Positions 17,922-27,973 of a stretch of DNA of 64,000 nt are shown here, piece by piece. The stretch covers positions 1,248,001 to 1,312,000 of the forward strand of contig OZ242320.1 in assembly GCA_965208125.1 (NCBI GenBank), written 5' to 3'. Numbering within the stretch: position 1 is the first letter of the stretch; every line of letters begins with the position of its first letter. The stretch comes from Candidatus Latescibacterota bacterium (GTDB lineage: Bacteria; Latescibacterota; UBA2968). The translations under genes were made by a program, and so were the position numbers. The notes beneath the pieces are model-generated. The model searched no databases, was not told where the DNA came from, and was given only the letters and a program-made list of their open reading frames with translations.

Positions 17922-19756
17922 ACTTCCTTTAGCGCGCACTCCGCTGAATCGAGCATGCCATAGATAATCTCCTGGGCGAACTGATCGACATTTTTCCGCG
18001 TCTGAGTCAGATCCTCCCCAGCCAGATCCGCATAATCAGCCGAAGTCGCCGAAACGTAATACTTGATCTTCGGTTCTGTACCAGAAGGCCGAGCTGTTAC
18101 CCGCGTGTACCCTTTCTCCGACAAGGTAAACGCGAGAACATTGCCCGTACTCCCCTCAATTGTCCGCATAGTACCCGTCTGAACATTATGCACAGTATTC
18201 GTCTCGCGATCAATAACCTCAACCACCCTGTACCCACCAATTTCAGCAGGCGGATATTGGCGCAGACCATTCATAGTCTGGGCAATCTCCTCATTGCCCC
18301 GTGCGCCTTCTCGATACGTCGATTTCTGCACCTCGCAAAAATATCCGAATGCGCGATAAATATCATCCAAATAATCCCGCAACGTGCGACCTTGCCTCTT
18401 GAGTTGAGCCGCGCACTCCGCGAGCAAAACCGCAGCAACAGCGGCATCTTTATCGCGCACAAAATCCGTAAACAAATAACCGTGGCTCTCTTCCGTCCCA
18501 AACACAAAAGTCTCATCATCTGCCAGACTATTGATCACATCACCAATATATTTGAATCCAACGAGCAGATTGTCAACAGGTATCAGACCAAAATCCCTCG
18601 CAATAAGACTAATGAGATCTGTCGTAACAATCGTCTTGCACACAATTCCCCTATCGGGCAATTTATCCTGCTCCCTGAGCGAAGTCAAAATATAATAGCA
18701 CAAAATAGCGCCGATCTGATTGCCATTAATCGCGAGATCTTCAGGAGCGGCATCCCAACCCTTCTGCGGATCGGGCAGCGCACAACCCAGACGATCGGCA
18801 TCTGGATCGCTCGCCAGAACAACATCAGCCCGAACCTGTCTTGCCTCTTCAATAGCCAGAGAAAGCGCACCCGGATCTTCGGGATTTGCCACACCCCCTG
18901 CCACTGTAGGAAAATTGCCATCCGGAACATCTTGCGTCTCAACAACGCGCAAATGGGAATACCCCAGATTCTGAAGCGCGGGCACAACACTCGTTGAACC
19001 AACACCGTGTAATGGCGTATATACAACACGTATATCGCGGGCATCGCAAAGGGAAAGATCGACCAGCTTTTCAACATATTGTGCGTCGAGCTTCTCATCG
19101 AGCACCTCAATCAACTCCCGATCCACCCCGTCCGCATAGTCAATTCTATCGAGACGCTTAACAGCACCAACCTCGGCAATAATATTCTTATCGTGCGGCG
19201 GAACCACCTGCCCGCCATCAATCCAGCACGCCTTAAAACCATTATCCGAAGGCGGATTGTGACTCGCGCTAATAACCACACCAGCAACAGCCCCTGTCTG
19301 GCGCAGCGCAAAAGAAAGATGAGGCGTTGCGCGGGGACCGTCAAACAGACGCGCGACAATACCATTACCAGCAATAATCGCAGCCGTCTCCCGCGCGAAA
19401 ACATCCGAATTGTTCCGCGTATCGTACGCAATCACCACACCCATATCTCTGGCATCTTCAATACCCGACTTGAGTATGTACTGTGCCAAACCCTGCGCCG
19501 CCTCTCCAATCGTCCTCAAATTGATCCGATTGGGACCCGGACCCATCTTGCCCCGAATACCCCCCGTGCCAAACTCGATATGGGTGCGAAAAGCATCCTC
19601 AATCTCGTCTATATCTTCATCTTCAATAAGCAATTGAATTTCCGGAACAAAATCGGCAAATTCCGGATCAACAAGCCATTGTGAAAGTCCTTGAAATGCC
19701 GCGGCAGAAATCCTGTTCTCTGCCGCCCAATCTTTGATCTGCTGGTGTATCTTCAT
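17906..19756 (-). CDS. Phosphoglucomutase/phosphomannomutase
   Basis: FGTGGIRG, ISASHNP (phosphoserine), DPDADR, GTEES, RPSGTEPK. Confidence 0.95.
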   Translation of the reverse strand: MKIHQQIKDWAAENRISAAAFQGLSQWLVDPEFADFVPEIQLLIEDEDIDEIEDAFRTHIEFGTGGIRGKMGPGPNRINLRTIGEAAQGLAQYILKSGIEDARDMGVVIAYDTRNNSDVFARETAAIIAGNGIVARLFDGPRATPHLSFALRQTGAVAGVVISASHNPPSDNGFKACWIDGGQVVPPHDKNIIAEVGAVKRLDRIDYADGVDRELIEVLDEKLDAQYVEKLVDLSLCDARDIRVVYTPLHGVGSTSVVPALQNLGYSHLRVVETQDVPDGNFPTVAGGVANPEDPGALSLAIEEARQVRADVVLASDPDADRLGCALPDPQKGWDAAPEDLAINGNQIGAILCYYILTSLREQDKLPDRGIVCKTIVTTDLISLIARDFGLIPVDNLLVGFKYIGDVINSLADDETFVFGTEESHGYLFTDFVRDKDAAVAAVLLAECAAQLKRQGRTLRDYLDDIYRAFGYFCEVQKSTYREGARGNEEIAQTMNGLRQYPPAEIGGYRVVEVIDRETNTVHNVQTGTMRTIEGSTGNVLAFTLSEKGYTRVTARPSGTEPKIKYYVSATSADYADLAGEDLTQTRKNVDQFAQEIIYGMLDSAECALKEVRSKK

Positions 19757-19800
19757 AAATACTCCTGTTTATCAGCGATCAGCAGTCAGCTAAAAACCTT

Positions 19801-19876
19801 CTGGATTGCGGCTCAAAACCCTGCCGCAATGACGATTAGTGCTCGTCACGCCTGCATGCTTAAAGCAGGCGTCCAG
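19801..19876. repeat. Paired palindromic repeats (CTGGA...TGAC / GTCA...TCCAG)
   Basis: ctggattgcggctcaaaaccctgccgcaatgac...gtcacgcctgcatgcttaaagcaggcgtccag. Confidence 0.65.
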
Positions 19877-19992
19877 GATGGAGGGTATTTTAACTTTTCA
19901 TTTGTACCATATATTGTCATCTACGCGCCACCGTGTCAAGTGCATAGGCAAAACTACTTGACTTTAACGCTCATTTTTGCCCTATTTTGAAA

Positions 19993-20769
19993 ATGCTCAC
20001 AACAATCCTCATCGCCATTGGCCTTGTGCTGGGTATCCCCCTCGCGATTCTGGTACTCTTCATATTCTTGCCAATCCGCGCAGGTGCAACGGGATACTAC
20101 CGCGAAAATGACTATAACATATCCGGTTTCGCGCGCGGGTGTGCCGGACTATGCGGTATTATCTGCGACATCGACAAAAAGGGAATACAATTGCGCGTCG
20201 TTATCGGACGCTGGACCGCGTGGCGACCCAGAGAAAAACCGCCATCATCAGCCCCAACAACAGAACCCGAAAGAGATACCGCCACCGAACCAAAACGGGA
20301 TAGACCCAAAAAATCATATCCGACAACAAAACCCTCCTATTGGTCGCGTTTGCAAACCCTGCACGCAAAAACAAAACAATACCTGGACTACGCCGCGGAT
20401 GTGCGTCCCATTCTGACGCGATTTATGAAGCGCCTATCAAAAACAATAGCATTTCAACACGCAGAATTGAATCTGGAACTGGGAACAGACGACCCCGCTT
20501 TCACCGGGCGTCTATTTGGATATATCGAAGCGTTCAAGCGCATCTTTGGCAAACGCATCCACATCTCACTCACCCCTGATTTTTTGCAACCGCGCTTTGC
20601 CGGATCGGGAACCTTGAAACTCTCCATTTATCTTCACCGTTTGATATTCGCCGCACTCGCCCTAACTATACGCGGCGGACTCTGGCGCGCAAAAATCTGG
20701 TGGACAAAACGCAAAAACAGGCGCAAAGTTAGGACGGCACAGGGGCCGTCCCCTACGATGATATTGTGA
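19993..20769 (+). CDS. DUF2953 (YtfI-like) membrane-anchored protein
   Basis: N-terminal TM; LGTDDPAFTG motif; directly upstream of a YtfJ homologue. Confidence 0.8.
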   Translation: MLTTILIAIGLVLGIPLAILVLFIFLPIRAGATGYYRENDYNISGFARGCAGLCGIICDIDKKGIQLRVVIGRWTAWRPREKPPSSAPTTEPERDTATEPKRDRPKKSYPTTKPSYWSRLQTLHAKTKQYLDYAADVRPILTRFMKRLSKTIAFQHAELNLELGTDDPAFTGRLFGYIEAFKRIFGKRIHISLTPDFLQPRFAGSGTLKLSIYLHRLIFAALALTIRGGLWRAKIWWTKRKNRRKVRTAQGPSPTMIL

Positions 20770-20836
20770 TTTTTGTAGGGGCGACCCCCTGTGGTCGCCC
20801 GCTGACTGCTGGGACGGCACAGGGGCCGTCCCCTAC
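20732..20836. repeat. Cluster of three GTAG-type REPs
   Basis: ggacggcacaggggccgtcccctac x2 and gtaggggcgaccccctgtggtcgccc. Confidence 0.85.
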
Positions 20837-20872
20837 GGCTAATTACTGCGACTTTATTTATTGGGAGGCGAC

Positions 20873-21259
20873 ATGGCTATAGAAGACATGGTGCGAACAA
20901 TGTTAAACGAACTGCGTGAAATCGTAAAAACCGAAACCGTAGTAGGCGAACCCGTTGTCGTGGGCGAGGTCACCATCATACCCGTATCCAAAATCTCCTT
21001 TGGATTTGGTGCAGGAGGTGGACAGAGCGAAAAAGACGACGGAAGCAGTGGCACGGGCGGAGGTGGATCTGTGCAACCCGTGGCATTCATCGTCATACAA
21101 AAAGGCAAAGCACAGCTTCTACCCATAGAAGACAAAAGCATGTCCATCGCCGACCTGCTCAAATACGCGCCTGATTTAATTGAAAAAATCAAAGCATTTA
21201 AAGACAAACGAAAAAAACAGAAAGATGGCGAGGAAGGCGACAGCGAAGAAAAAAAATAG
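20873..21259 (+). CDS. ytfJ: YtfJ/GerW family protein
   Basis: TETVVGEP, IIPVSKISFGFGAGGG, GGGGSVQPVAF; GGGAGG RBS. Confidence 0.9.
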   Translation: MAIEDMVRTMLNELREIVKTETVVGEPVVVGEVTIIPVSKISFGFGAGGGQSEKDDGSSGTGGGGSVQPVAFIVIQKGKAQLLPIEDKSMSIADLLKYAPDLIEKIKAFKDKRKKQKDGEEGDSEEKK

Positions 21260-21265
21260 AACAAT

Positions 21266-23359
21266 ATGCTCTCAAACTTAAACCAGCCCTTGCGAACACT
21301 GCCGGGCATTGGGCCAAAGCGCGAAAAAGTATTGGAAAACGCTGGCATCGCCACCGTGGGCGATCTGCTATTGTATTTGCCCTATCGGTACATAGATCGT
21401 TCTACCGAAGTCGGAATCGCACACCTGCCGCTGGAGCGAGAAGTCACCGCAGTCGGTGAAATCGTAAGCATGCAGACAATCCCCGGCAAGCGTCGGCGAT
21501 TCGTCATGACAGTCGAAGACCAGACCGGATCGGTCGCCTGTACGTGGTTCGGAGGCATTCAATACCTCAAAAACGCATATCGCGCGGGCGACATCGTGGC
21601 ACTCGGGGGAAAATTGACGCGATTCGGGCGCACCCTGCAAATAGTACACCCCGAAATAGAAGTTCTCGCAAACGAAGACGACGACAATCAGCGGCTACAT
21701 ACCGGACGCATCATCCCCCTGTATTCGACCACATCAAAAATGAAAGCAGACCGCCTCACAGCCCGCGCACTCCGCCGTCTCCTATTCGCCGCGCTACGAG
21801 CTATTGGAGATCAGATCGAAGACCCATTGGACAAAAACATACGCAAACGCTGTGGCCTGATGCGCCTGCGAGACGCAATTGAAAAAATCCATTTCCCAGA
21901 CACTACAACGGACATAGACACCGCGCGGCAACGCCTATCATTTGACGAAATCTTCTACATCCAGCTCTATCTGGGACAAGCAAAAAAGCTACGCCAGCGC
22001 ACACCCGGACGCGTACTGACATCCAGCGGTCCCCTGACGCAACAACTCGTGGCGAATCTACCCTTCAAACTAACGCATGCACAAACGCACGCCATTGTAG
22101 AAATCGGCCATGACTTACAACGCCCCGTAGCCATGCACCGCCTGTTGCAGGGCGACGTGGGATCCGGCAAAACCCTGGTCGCCCTCCACGCCATGTTGTG
22201 TGCCGCAGACAGCGGCGCGCAGGCCGCCCTGATGGCCCCCACAGAGATCCTGGCCGAGCAACACGCCCATACCATTCGGGAACTCATCGCACCACTGGGC
22301 TTAGACATAGCACTGGTAACAGGACGCATGCCAAAGGCTCAACGCACCAGAGTGCTGGACGGATTGCGTTCTGGAGAAATAAAAATAGCAGTCGGCACAC
22401 ATGCCCTGTTGCAAAACGACATCGCATTTGCCGACATCGCACTCATCGTCGTCGATGAACAACATCGTTTTGGCGTGGTACAGCGCGCCATGCTGCGTGA
22501 AAAAGGCAACACGCCCCATCTTCTGGTCATGACCGCCACCCCCATACCCAGATCCCTATCGCTGACCCTGTATGGCGATCTGGATGTCACCATCATCGAC
22601 GCCCTGCCGCCCGGTCGCATCCCTGTACGCACGGGATGGCGTTATGCACAGGACCGCGGCCGCGCACTGCAATTTCTGCGTAGCGAACTGCAACAGGGAC
22701 ATCAGGCATATATCGTCTATCCACTCGTATCCGAATCCGAAAAAAGCGACCTGCAAGCCGCCACCGCCGCCTTTGAAGACCTGCAACAAGGCGCACTCTC
22801 CAACTTCCAATTGGGCTTGCTTCACGGCCGCCTAAAACGCGACGAAAAAGAAACCACAATGTCTGCCTTCAGACGCGGCGACCTGGATGCGCTGGTCACG
22901 ACAACAGTCATAGAAGTCGGCGTCGATGTTCCCAATGCCACAGTCATGATGGTCGAACACGCCGAGCGTTTTGGACTATCGCAACTACACCAATTGCGCG
23001 GGCGCGTGGGCCGCGGTCAACATCAATCCTACTGCATCTTAATCGCAGATCCCCAGGAAGGATTATCGGATGACGCGCGTGAACGCCTCGACGCCATGGC
23101 GCGAACAACGGACGGATTCGAAATTTCAGAAGCCGACTTGTGCATCCGGGGACCCGGACATATTTTTGGCACACAACAAGCCGGCTTCCCCAAATTTCAC
23201 TTTGCCGACCTCGCCCGCGATGGCGCCTTAATCACCGCTGCACGCCGAGAAGCACAGACACTCCTGGACCGCAACCCCAATTTGACCGCGCACACTGTTT
23301 TAAGACGAGAATTAGACGCAACCGCGCTCCACGACAGGCAAATTGTGGAAGCGGGGTGA
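21266..23359 (+). CDS. recG: ATP-dependent DNA helicase RecG
   Basis: LLQGDVGSGKT, DEQHRFG, MTATPIPR, QLRGRVGRG. Confidence 0.98.
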   Translation: MLSNLNQPLRTLPGIGPKREKVLENAGIATVGDLLLYLPYRYIDRSTEVGIAHLPLEREVTAVGEIVSMQTIPGKRRRFVMTVEDQTGSVACTWFGGIQYLKNAYRAGDIVALGGKLTRFGRTLQIVHPEIEVLANEDDDNQRLHTGRIIPLYSTTSKMKADRLTARALRRLLFAALRAIGDQIEDPLDKNIRKRCGLMRLRDAIEKIHFPDTTTDIDTARQRLSFDEIFYIQLYLGQAKKLRQRTPGRVLTSSGPLTQQLVANLPFKLTHAQTHAIVEIGHDLQRPVAMHRLLQGDVGSGKTLVALHAMLCAADSGAQAALMAPTEILAEQHAHTIRELIAPLGLDIALVTGRMPKAQRTRVLDGLRSGEIKIAVGTHALLQNDIAFADIALIVVDEQHRFGVVQRAMLREKGNTPHLLVMTATPIPRSLSLTLYGDLDVTIIDALPPGRIPVRTGWRYAQDRGRALQFLRSELQQGHQAYIVYPLVSESEKSDLQAATAAFEDLQQGALSNFQLGLLHGRLKRDEKETTMSAFRRGDLDALVTTTVIEVGVDVPNATVMMVEHAERFGLSQLHQLRGRVGRGQHQSYCILIADPQEGLSDDARERLDAMARTTDGFEISEADLCIRGPGHIFGTQQAGFPKFHFADLARDGALITAARREAQTLLDRNPNLTAHTVLRRELDATALHDRQIVEAG

Positions 23360-23365
23360 CTGATC

Positions 23366-23437
23366 GGGACGGCACAGGGGCCGTCCCCTACGGCAGATTG
23401 TTACATGTGTTGTAGGGGCGACCCCCTGTGGTCGCCC
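23366..23437. repeat. REP pair
   Basis: Same two REP types as at 20732-20800. Confidence 0.85.
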
Positions 23438-23452
23438 GCTGACCGCTAATAG

Positions 23453-23481
23453 TTGACACCCCTATTGTATTATGGTAGATT
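23453..23481 (+). promoter_or_regulatory. sigma70 promoter of the pfkB-hflKC operon
   Basis: TTGACA-17 nt-TAGATT with extended -10 TG. Confidence 0.7.
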
Positions 23482-23534
23482 GATTCGGTTTCATCTGCGG
23501 ATGATCTTTTTCACCATTACCCGGAAACTGACTG

Positions 23535-24545
23535 ATGAATCAAGAGCTGCGCATTGCGTTGCTTGGCACGATTAACCGCGACACGATTCACACCGCCGAT
23601 GGCGTGACAACCGAAAGCTACGGCGGTTTGTTGTACAGCATCCTGGCACTGGCCGAGATCGCATCTTCCCAGGTAGCGATTTACCCCATCTGCAATGTAG
23701 GCGCAGACATGGAAGCCGTAGTGCGCAAAAAACTCGCGCCATATCCACATGTCAAATTCGACGGCATTCAATTTGTATCGGGCAAAAATCCCCACTGCTT
23801 TTTGGATTACGACGCAAACGGACGCAAACGCGAAACCCTGCACAACGATGTCCCGAAAATCTCTTTTTTTCAAATTGAACCATTTTTAGACTGCGATGCA
23901 ATATGCTTTAATTTTATCACCGGAATGGAACTCGCCCTCAAAACCGCACAGCGCGTGCGTCGTTCCGCCACTGGCTTATTGTTAATGGATGTCCACAGTT
24001 TGACCCTGGGCATGGATGAAAAACGCCGCCGATTCTGGCGCGTGCCCCCGCAGTGGAAAAAATGGATGGGATGCGTAGATGTCGTACAAATGAATGAGCA
24101 AGAAGGCGCTTTGCTCGCTGGCGAAACACTCGATAGCAAAGATGCAACACGCCGTTTTGCAAAACAGGTACTGTGCGCGGGACCTTCAGTCTTGATGATC
24201 ACGCGCAGCAATCGCGGTTCTGAGACAATTTTTCAAAATGATCGCTCAGACATTGTAATCGACCCGTTCGGCCCCGCGCCCATAGCCGAACCCTGCGACG
24301 AAACCGGATGTGGCGACACCTTTTTAATGGGATATACCTGGGCCTTCTTGCAAACGGGCAATCGCGCATTTGCCAGTCGTTTTGCCAATCGAGTGGCGGG
24401 TATCAACGTGTGTTTGCGCGGCATTGAGGGCATTGCGAAAATAAGCCAATTCTTAAACCCCGAAGACCTGCCTGTGCAGGACACGCAGACAGGTCAATCT
24501 GCCGTATTAAACGGCATTCTCCCCGGTCCTGAAAGGAGGGCCTGA
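23535..24545 (+). CDS. PfkB-family carbohydrate kinase
   Basis: QMNEQE and DETGCGDTF motifs. Confidence 0.85.
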   Translation: MNQELRIALLGTINRDTIHTADGVTTESYGGLLYSILALAEIASSQVAIYPICNVGADMEAVVRKKLAPYPHVKFDGIQFVSGKNPHCFLDYDANGRKRETLHNDVPKISFFQIEPFLDCDAICFNFITGMELALKTAQRVRRSATGLLLMDVHSLTLGMDEKRRRFWRVPPQWKKWMGCVDVVQMNEQEGALLAGETLDSKDATRRFAKQVLCAGPSVLMITRSNRGSETIFQNDRSDIVIDPFGPAPIAEPCDETGCGDTFLMGYTWAFLQTGNRAFASRFANRVAGINVCLRGIEGIAKISQFLNPEDLPVQDTQTGQSAVLNGILPGPERRA

Positions 24546-25519
24546 TGCAAGAATATCAATTTCCAAACCGTCCAAATTTCGACTTGCAATTCAACCCCAA
24601 GTTCATCTATTACGGGTTAATTGTACTGGCATTGCTCTGGTTGGCCAGTGGCATCTATACGGTGCGGCAAGATGAGCAAGCAGTCGTATTTCGATTCGGA
24701 CAAGCGGTAAGCCTGGAAGATCCCGGCATCCACTACCACTGGCCCACACCCATCGAGCGCATTGAAAAAGAGCGCGTATCAGAGGTAAAACGCCTCGAAG
24801 TCGGCTTTCGCACCATCAGCGTAACGCCCACGCCGAGATACCAGAAGGTCTCAGCCGAATCCGCCATGTTGACCGGCGATGAGAATATCGTCGATGTAGA
24901 ATTGATCGTTCAGTACCGCATCCGCGACTTGGAGAACTACTTGTTCCAGGTCAACGACCAGCGAAAAGCCATCAAAGATGTGACCGAGGCCGCATTGCGC
25001 CAGGTCGTTGGGCAGCGCACCATCGACGAGGCTCTCACAGAGGGCAAGCTGGAAATACAAGAAGAGATACTGAAACAGGTTCAGGAAGTCCTGGACCTCT
25101 ACCAAATTGGCGTGCGCGTCGATCAAGCAAAATTGCAAACCGTGTCTGTACCCCAGGAAGTCGATCACGCATTTAAGGACGTCGCCAACGCGCGAGAAGA
25201 CAAAGAACGTCTCCGCAACGAAGCCGAAGCCTATCGCAATGACATCATCCCAAAAACGCGCGGTGAAGCCGAAAGAATGATCCGCGAAGCCGAAGCCTAT
25301 AAAGTCGAGCGCGTCAAGCGCTCACAGGGCGATGCAGACCGCTTCGTCGAGGTGCTCAAAGAATATCGCAATGCAAAAGACGTGACCGAAACGCGAATGT
25401 ACCTCGAAACAATGGAAAAAATTCTGCCCGGCATACAAAAATACGTCGTCGAATCCGATGGCAAGGGCGGTATCCTCAACGTTCTCAATCTGCAAAAGCC
25501 ATTAGGAGGAGGAAATTGA
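24545..25519 (+). CDS. hflK: FtsH modulator HflK
   Basis: SPFH domain, MLTGDENIVDV, NEAEAYRN, RMYLETME. Confidence 0.95.
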   Translation: MQEYQFPNRPNFDLQFNPKFIYYGLIVLALLWLASGIYTVRQDEQAVVFRFGQAVSLEDPGIHYHWPTPIERIEKERVSEVKRLEVGFRTISVTPTPRYQKVSAESAMLTGDENIVDVELIVQYRIRDLENYLFQVNDQRKAIKDVTEAALRQVVGQRTIDEALTEGKLEIQEEILKQVQEVLDLYQIGVRVDQAKLQTVSVPQEVDHAFKDVANAREDKERLRNEAEAYRNDIIPKTRGEAERMIREAEAYKVERVKRSQGDADRFVEVLKEYRNAKDVTETRMYLETMEKILPGIQKYVVESDGKGGILNVLNLQKPLGGGN

Positions 25520-25520
25520 C

Positions 25521-26381
25521 ATGCGCAACCTCGTAACTCTGGTGGTCATTTTGATCGCAGGGAGTATTTTACTGAATGCATCGTGTTATATCGTGGATGA
25601 ACGCGAACAGGTCGTCGTCACAGAATTTGGACAACCCGTACGCACCGTACAGTCCCCTGGTCTGCATTTTAAAATTCCGTTTATCCAACAATTGCACACC
25701 TTCGAAGATCGCCTGCTGTACAGCGATGCCGATCCCAGACAAATTTACACACAGGACAAGAAAAACCTCATCGTCGATAATTTCGCCCGCTGGCGCATCA
25801 CAGATCCACTCAAGTTTTTGGTATCTGTGCAAAATGTCTCTTATGCACAATCGCGCCTGGACGACATCATTTTTTCTGCTGTTCGAGAAGAACTCGGACA
25901 ACGCACGCTGGTCGAGATCGTAGTTACGCACCGCGAGGAAATCATGAAAAAAGTGACAGAGCGCTCCCACGAGGCAGCACTCGGACTGGGCATTGATATC
26001 CTCGATGTGCGGATTAAACGCGCAGACCTGCCGCGGGAAAACAAAAACAACGTATTTGAACGCATGCGTGCCGAGCGCGATCGGCAGGCCAAAGAATACC
26101 GCGCCGAGGGCGAAGAAGCGGCTCTGAAAATCCGCGCGGAAACCGACCTTGAAGTCGCGCGACTCAAATCCGAGGCCCTGCAAAAATCGCAGTTGATCCG
26201 CGGCGAGGGCGATGCCGAGGCATTGCGCATCTATGCCGATGCCTTTGAACAAGACCCCCGCTTTTTTCAATTCTGGCGCACCCTCGAAGCCTATGAAAAA
26301 ACCCTGGGCGAAGGAACAACCGTCGTGATGCCACCCACCAGCGATTTCTTTCAGTACCTGACCAAAAAGCGTCCACGGTAG
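25521..26381 (+). CDS. hflC: FtsH modulator HflC
   Basis: DVRIKRADLP, ERMRAER, RTLEAY; follows hflK. Confidence 0.95.
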   Translation: MRNLVTLVVILIAGSILLNASCYIVDEREQVVVTEFGQPVRTVQSPGLHFKIPFIQQLHTFEDRLLYSDADPRQIYTQDKKNLIVDNFARWRITDPLKFLVSVQNVSYAQSRLDDIIFSAVREELGQRTLVEIVVTHREEIMKKVTERSHEAALGLGIDILDVRIKRADLPRENKNNVFERMRAERDRQAKEYRAEGEEAALKIRAETDLEVARLKSEALQKSQLIRGEGDAEALRIYADAFEQDPRFFQFWRTLEAYEKTLGEGTTVVMPPTSDFFQYLTKKRPR

Positions 26382-26390
26382 AAATGGACC

Positions 26391-26419
26391 GTAGGTGCGG
26401 GTTTTAAACCCGCACCTAC
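26391..26419. repeat. GTAG palindromic REP
   Basis: gtaggtgcgggttttaaacccgcacctac. Confidence 0.7.
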
Positions 26420-26441
26420 GCCTCAACGCAGAGGCAACCCC

Positions 26442-27374
26442 ATGTCTGCCCGTTCAACGAAAATCTCGTATCTCTGCTTTCTCCTCCTCTTCTCTTTTTC
26501 CGCAGCAAACGCGACAGAATGGCACAGATTTAAACGCGATGACCTCGCCTTATACCTCGCGCATACCGATACGGTTCGAGCACAGACATTCTTGAACGCG
26601 CTCCTTATTGGGCGCAATGAAATCCGGCGCAAACTGGGCGGTGCCCCCGAAATTCCCATAGCGGTTTATCTCGCGCCGAACGAAGCTGTTTTTCGAGAAT
26701 TGACACACGGGCGATTGCCGCACTGGAGCGCGGGGGTTGCATTCCTCGAATCGCGCACCATTGTTCTACAAGCCAGCGCCGACAACTTACTACAGGTTGC
26801 GCGGCACGAATTTGCCCATATATTTTTGCACGCCATCGCGCCATCACGCGTGCCCGTCTGGTTTCACGAAGGCGTGGCGATGTGGGCGTCGCACGAGTGG
26901 CGCTTGCGACAAAGCGCGGCTGTATTTTACGCGGTCTTTTCGGAAAACTTAATCCCGCTCTCCGAAATTGATGAAGTCCTTTCTTTCCCCTCGGCAAAAG
27001 CCGATCTGGCCTACACGGAAAGTTTGCTGGCAGTCTCGTTTTTGATCCGTCTGGGCGGTCCCAATGCCGTGGTCGTCATGCTCTCCGAACTGGAAGCAGG
27101 CGCACCCTTTGAAGTCGCACTATTTCGCGTAACTGGCGAAACACCCCGCGAATTTGAACGGCGATGGCGCGATGATGTACAGGCGCGATTCAGTCTGATG
27201 ACGTTGCTTTTTTCGCCCGATTTGATCTGGCTGTATCTCACCTTGCTCTTGCTACTCGCCTATATATGCGTAAGGCTGCGGAATCGCGCGACCTTGCGGC
27301 GGTGGGAAGCCGAAGACGCAGCCGAAGAATTGACCTTACAATTGCGCGTATATCGCCGAGAGGACGAGCAGTGA
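26442..27374 (+). CDS. Peptidase MA-family (gluzincin) protein with signal peptide and C-terminal TM
   Basis: HEFAH...WFHEGVA. Confidence 0.8.
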   Translation: MSARSTKISYLCFLLLFSFSAANATEWHRFKRDDLALYLAHTDTVRAQTFLNALLIGRNEIRRKLGGAPEIPIAVYLAPNEAVFRELTHGRLPHWSAGVAFLESRTIVLQASADNLLQVARHEFAHIFLHAIAPSRVPVWFHEGVAMWASHEWRLRQSAAVFYAVFSENLIPLSEIDEVLSFPSAKADLAYTESLLAVSFLIRLGGPNAVVVMLSELEAGAPFEVALFRVTGETPREFERRWRDDVQARFSLMTLLFSPDLIWLYLTLLLLLAYICVRLRNRATLRRWEAEDAAEELTLQLRVYRREDEQ

Positions 27375-27973
27375 TCATAGGCGTAACAGGAGGCATTGGC
27401 GCGGGAAAAAGCACCGTATGCGCTGTATTTGAAGAAGCTGGCGCGCGCGTAATCGACGCCGATGCAACAGGTCACGAAGTACTCCGCGACCCAATTGTAA
27501 TTCACAACCTGACCGACGTATTCGGACGAGAGATTCTGGATGCCGACGGACAAATCGCACGCCGGGAATTGGGCAAGCGAGCCTTTGCGTCTGACAAAAA
27601 TCGCGAAAAACTCAACGCCATCGTATGGCAACCGCTTCGGCAGTTATTGCTGGACAAAATTCATGCGGCTCTGGACAGAGAACCCACACGCCCCGTAGTC
27701 GTGGATGCGGCCCTGCTGGTCGAGCGCGGCGATCCGAAAAAAATCGTCGATATACTCGTAGTAGTAACAGCTCCCGAAGCCTTGCGGATTCAGCGGACAA
27801 TGGCGCGATTGGGCATATCCAGAGCCGAAGTTGCGGCGCGACTATCCGCACAATTGCCCGAAGAAGACAAAGTCGCGGTTGCGGATTTTGTCGTAGTCAA
27901 TGATAAAACACCCGCCGTGTGTCGCCAGCGCGCGCGGGCTATCTGGAACAAATTGCAATGTGAGGAACAATGA
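27371..27973 (+). CDS. coaE: Dephospho-CoA kinase
   Basis: GTG start overlapping the upstream stop; GVTGGIGAGKST, IDAD, ADFVVVN. Confidence 0.93.
   Translation: MIIGVTGGIGAGKSTVCAVFEEAGARVIDADATGHEVLRDPIVIHNLTDVFGREILDADGQIARRELGKRAFASDKNREKLNAIVWQPLRQLLLDKIHAALDREPTRPVVVDAALLVERGDPKKIVDILVVVTAPEALRIQRTMARLGISRAEVAARLSAQLPEEDKVAVADFVVVNDKTPAVCRQRARAIWNKLQCEEQ

Noticed and set aside
19993-21259. ytfI/ytfJ pair as evidence of sporulation
   Set aside because: The family also occurs in non-sporulating bacteria, and no other sporulation genes are present.
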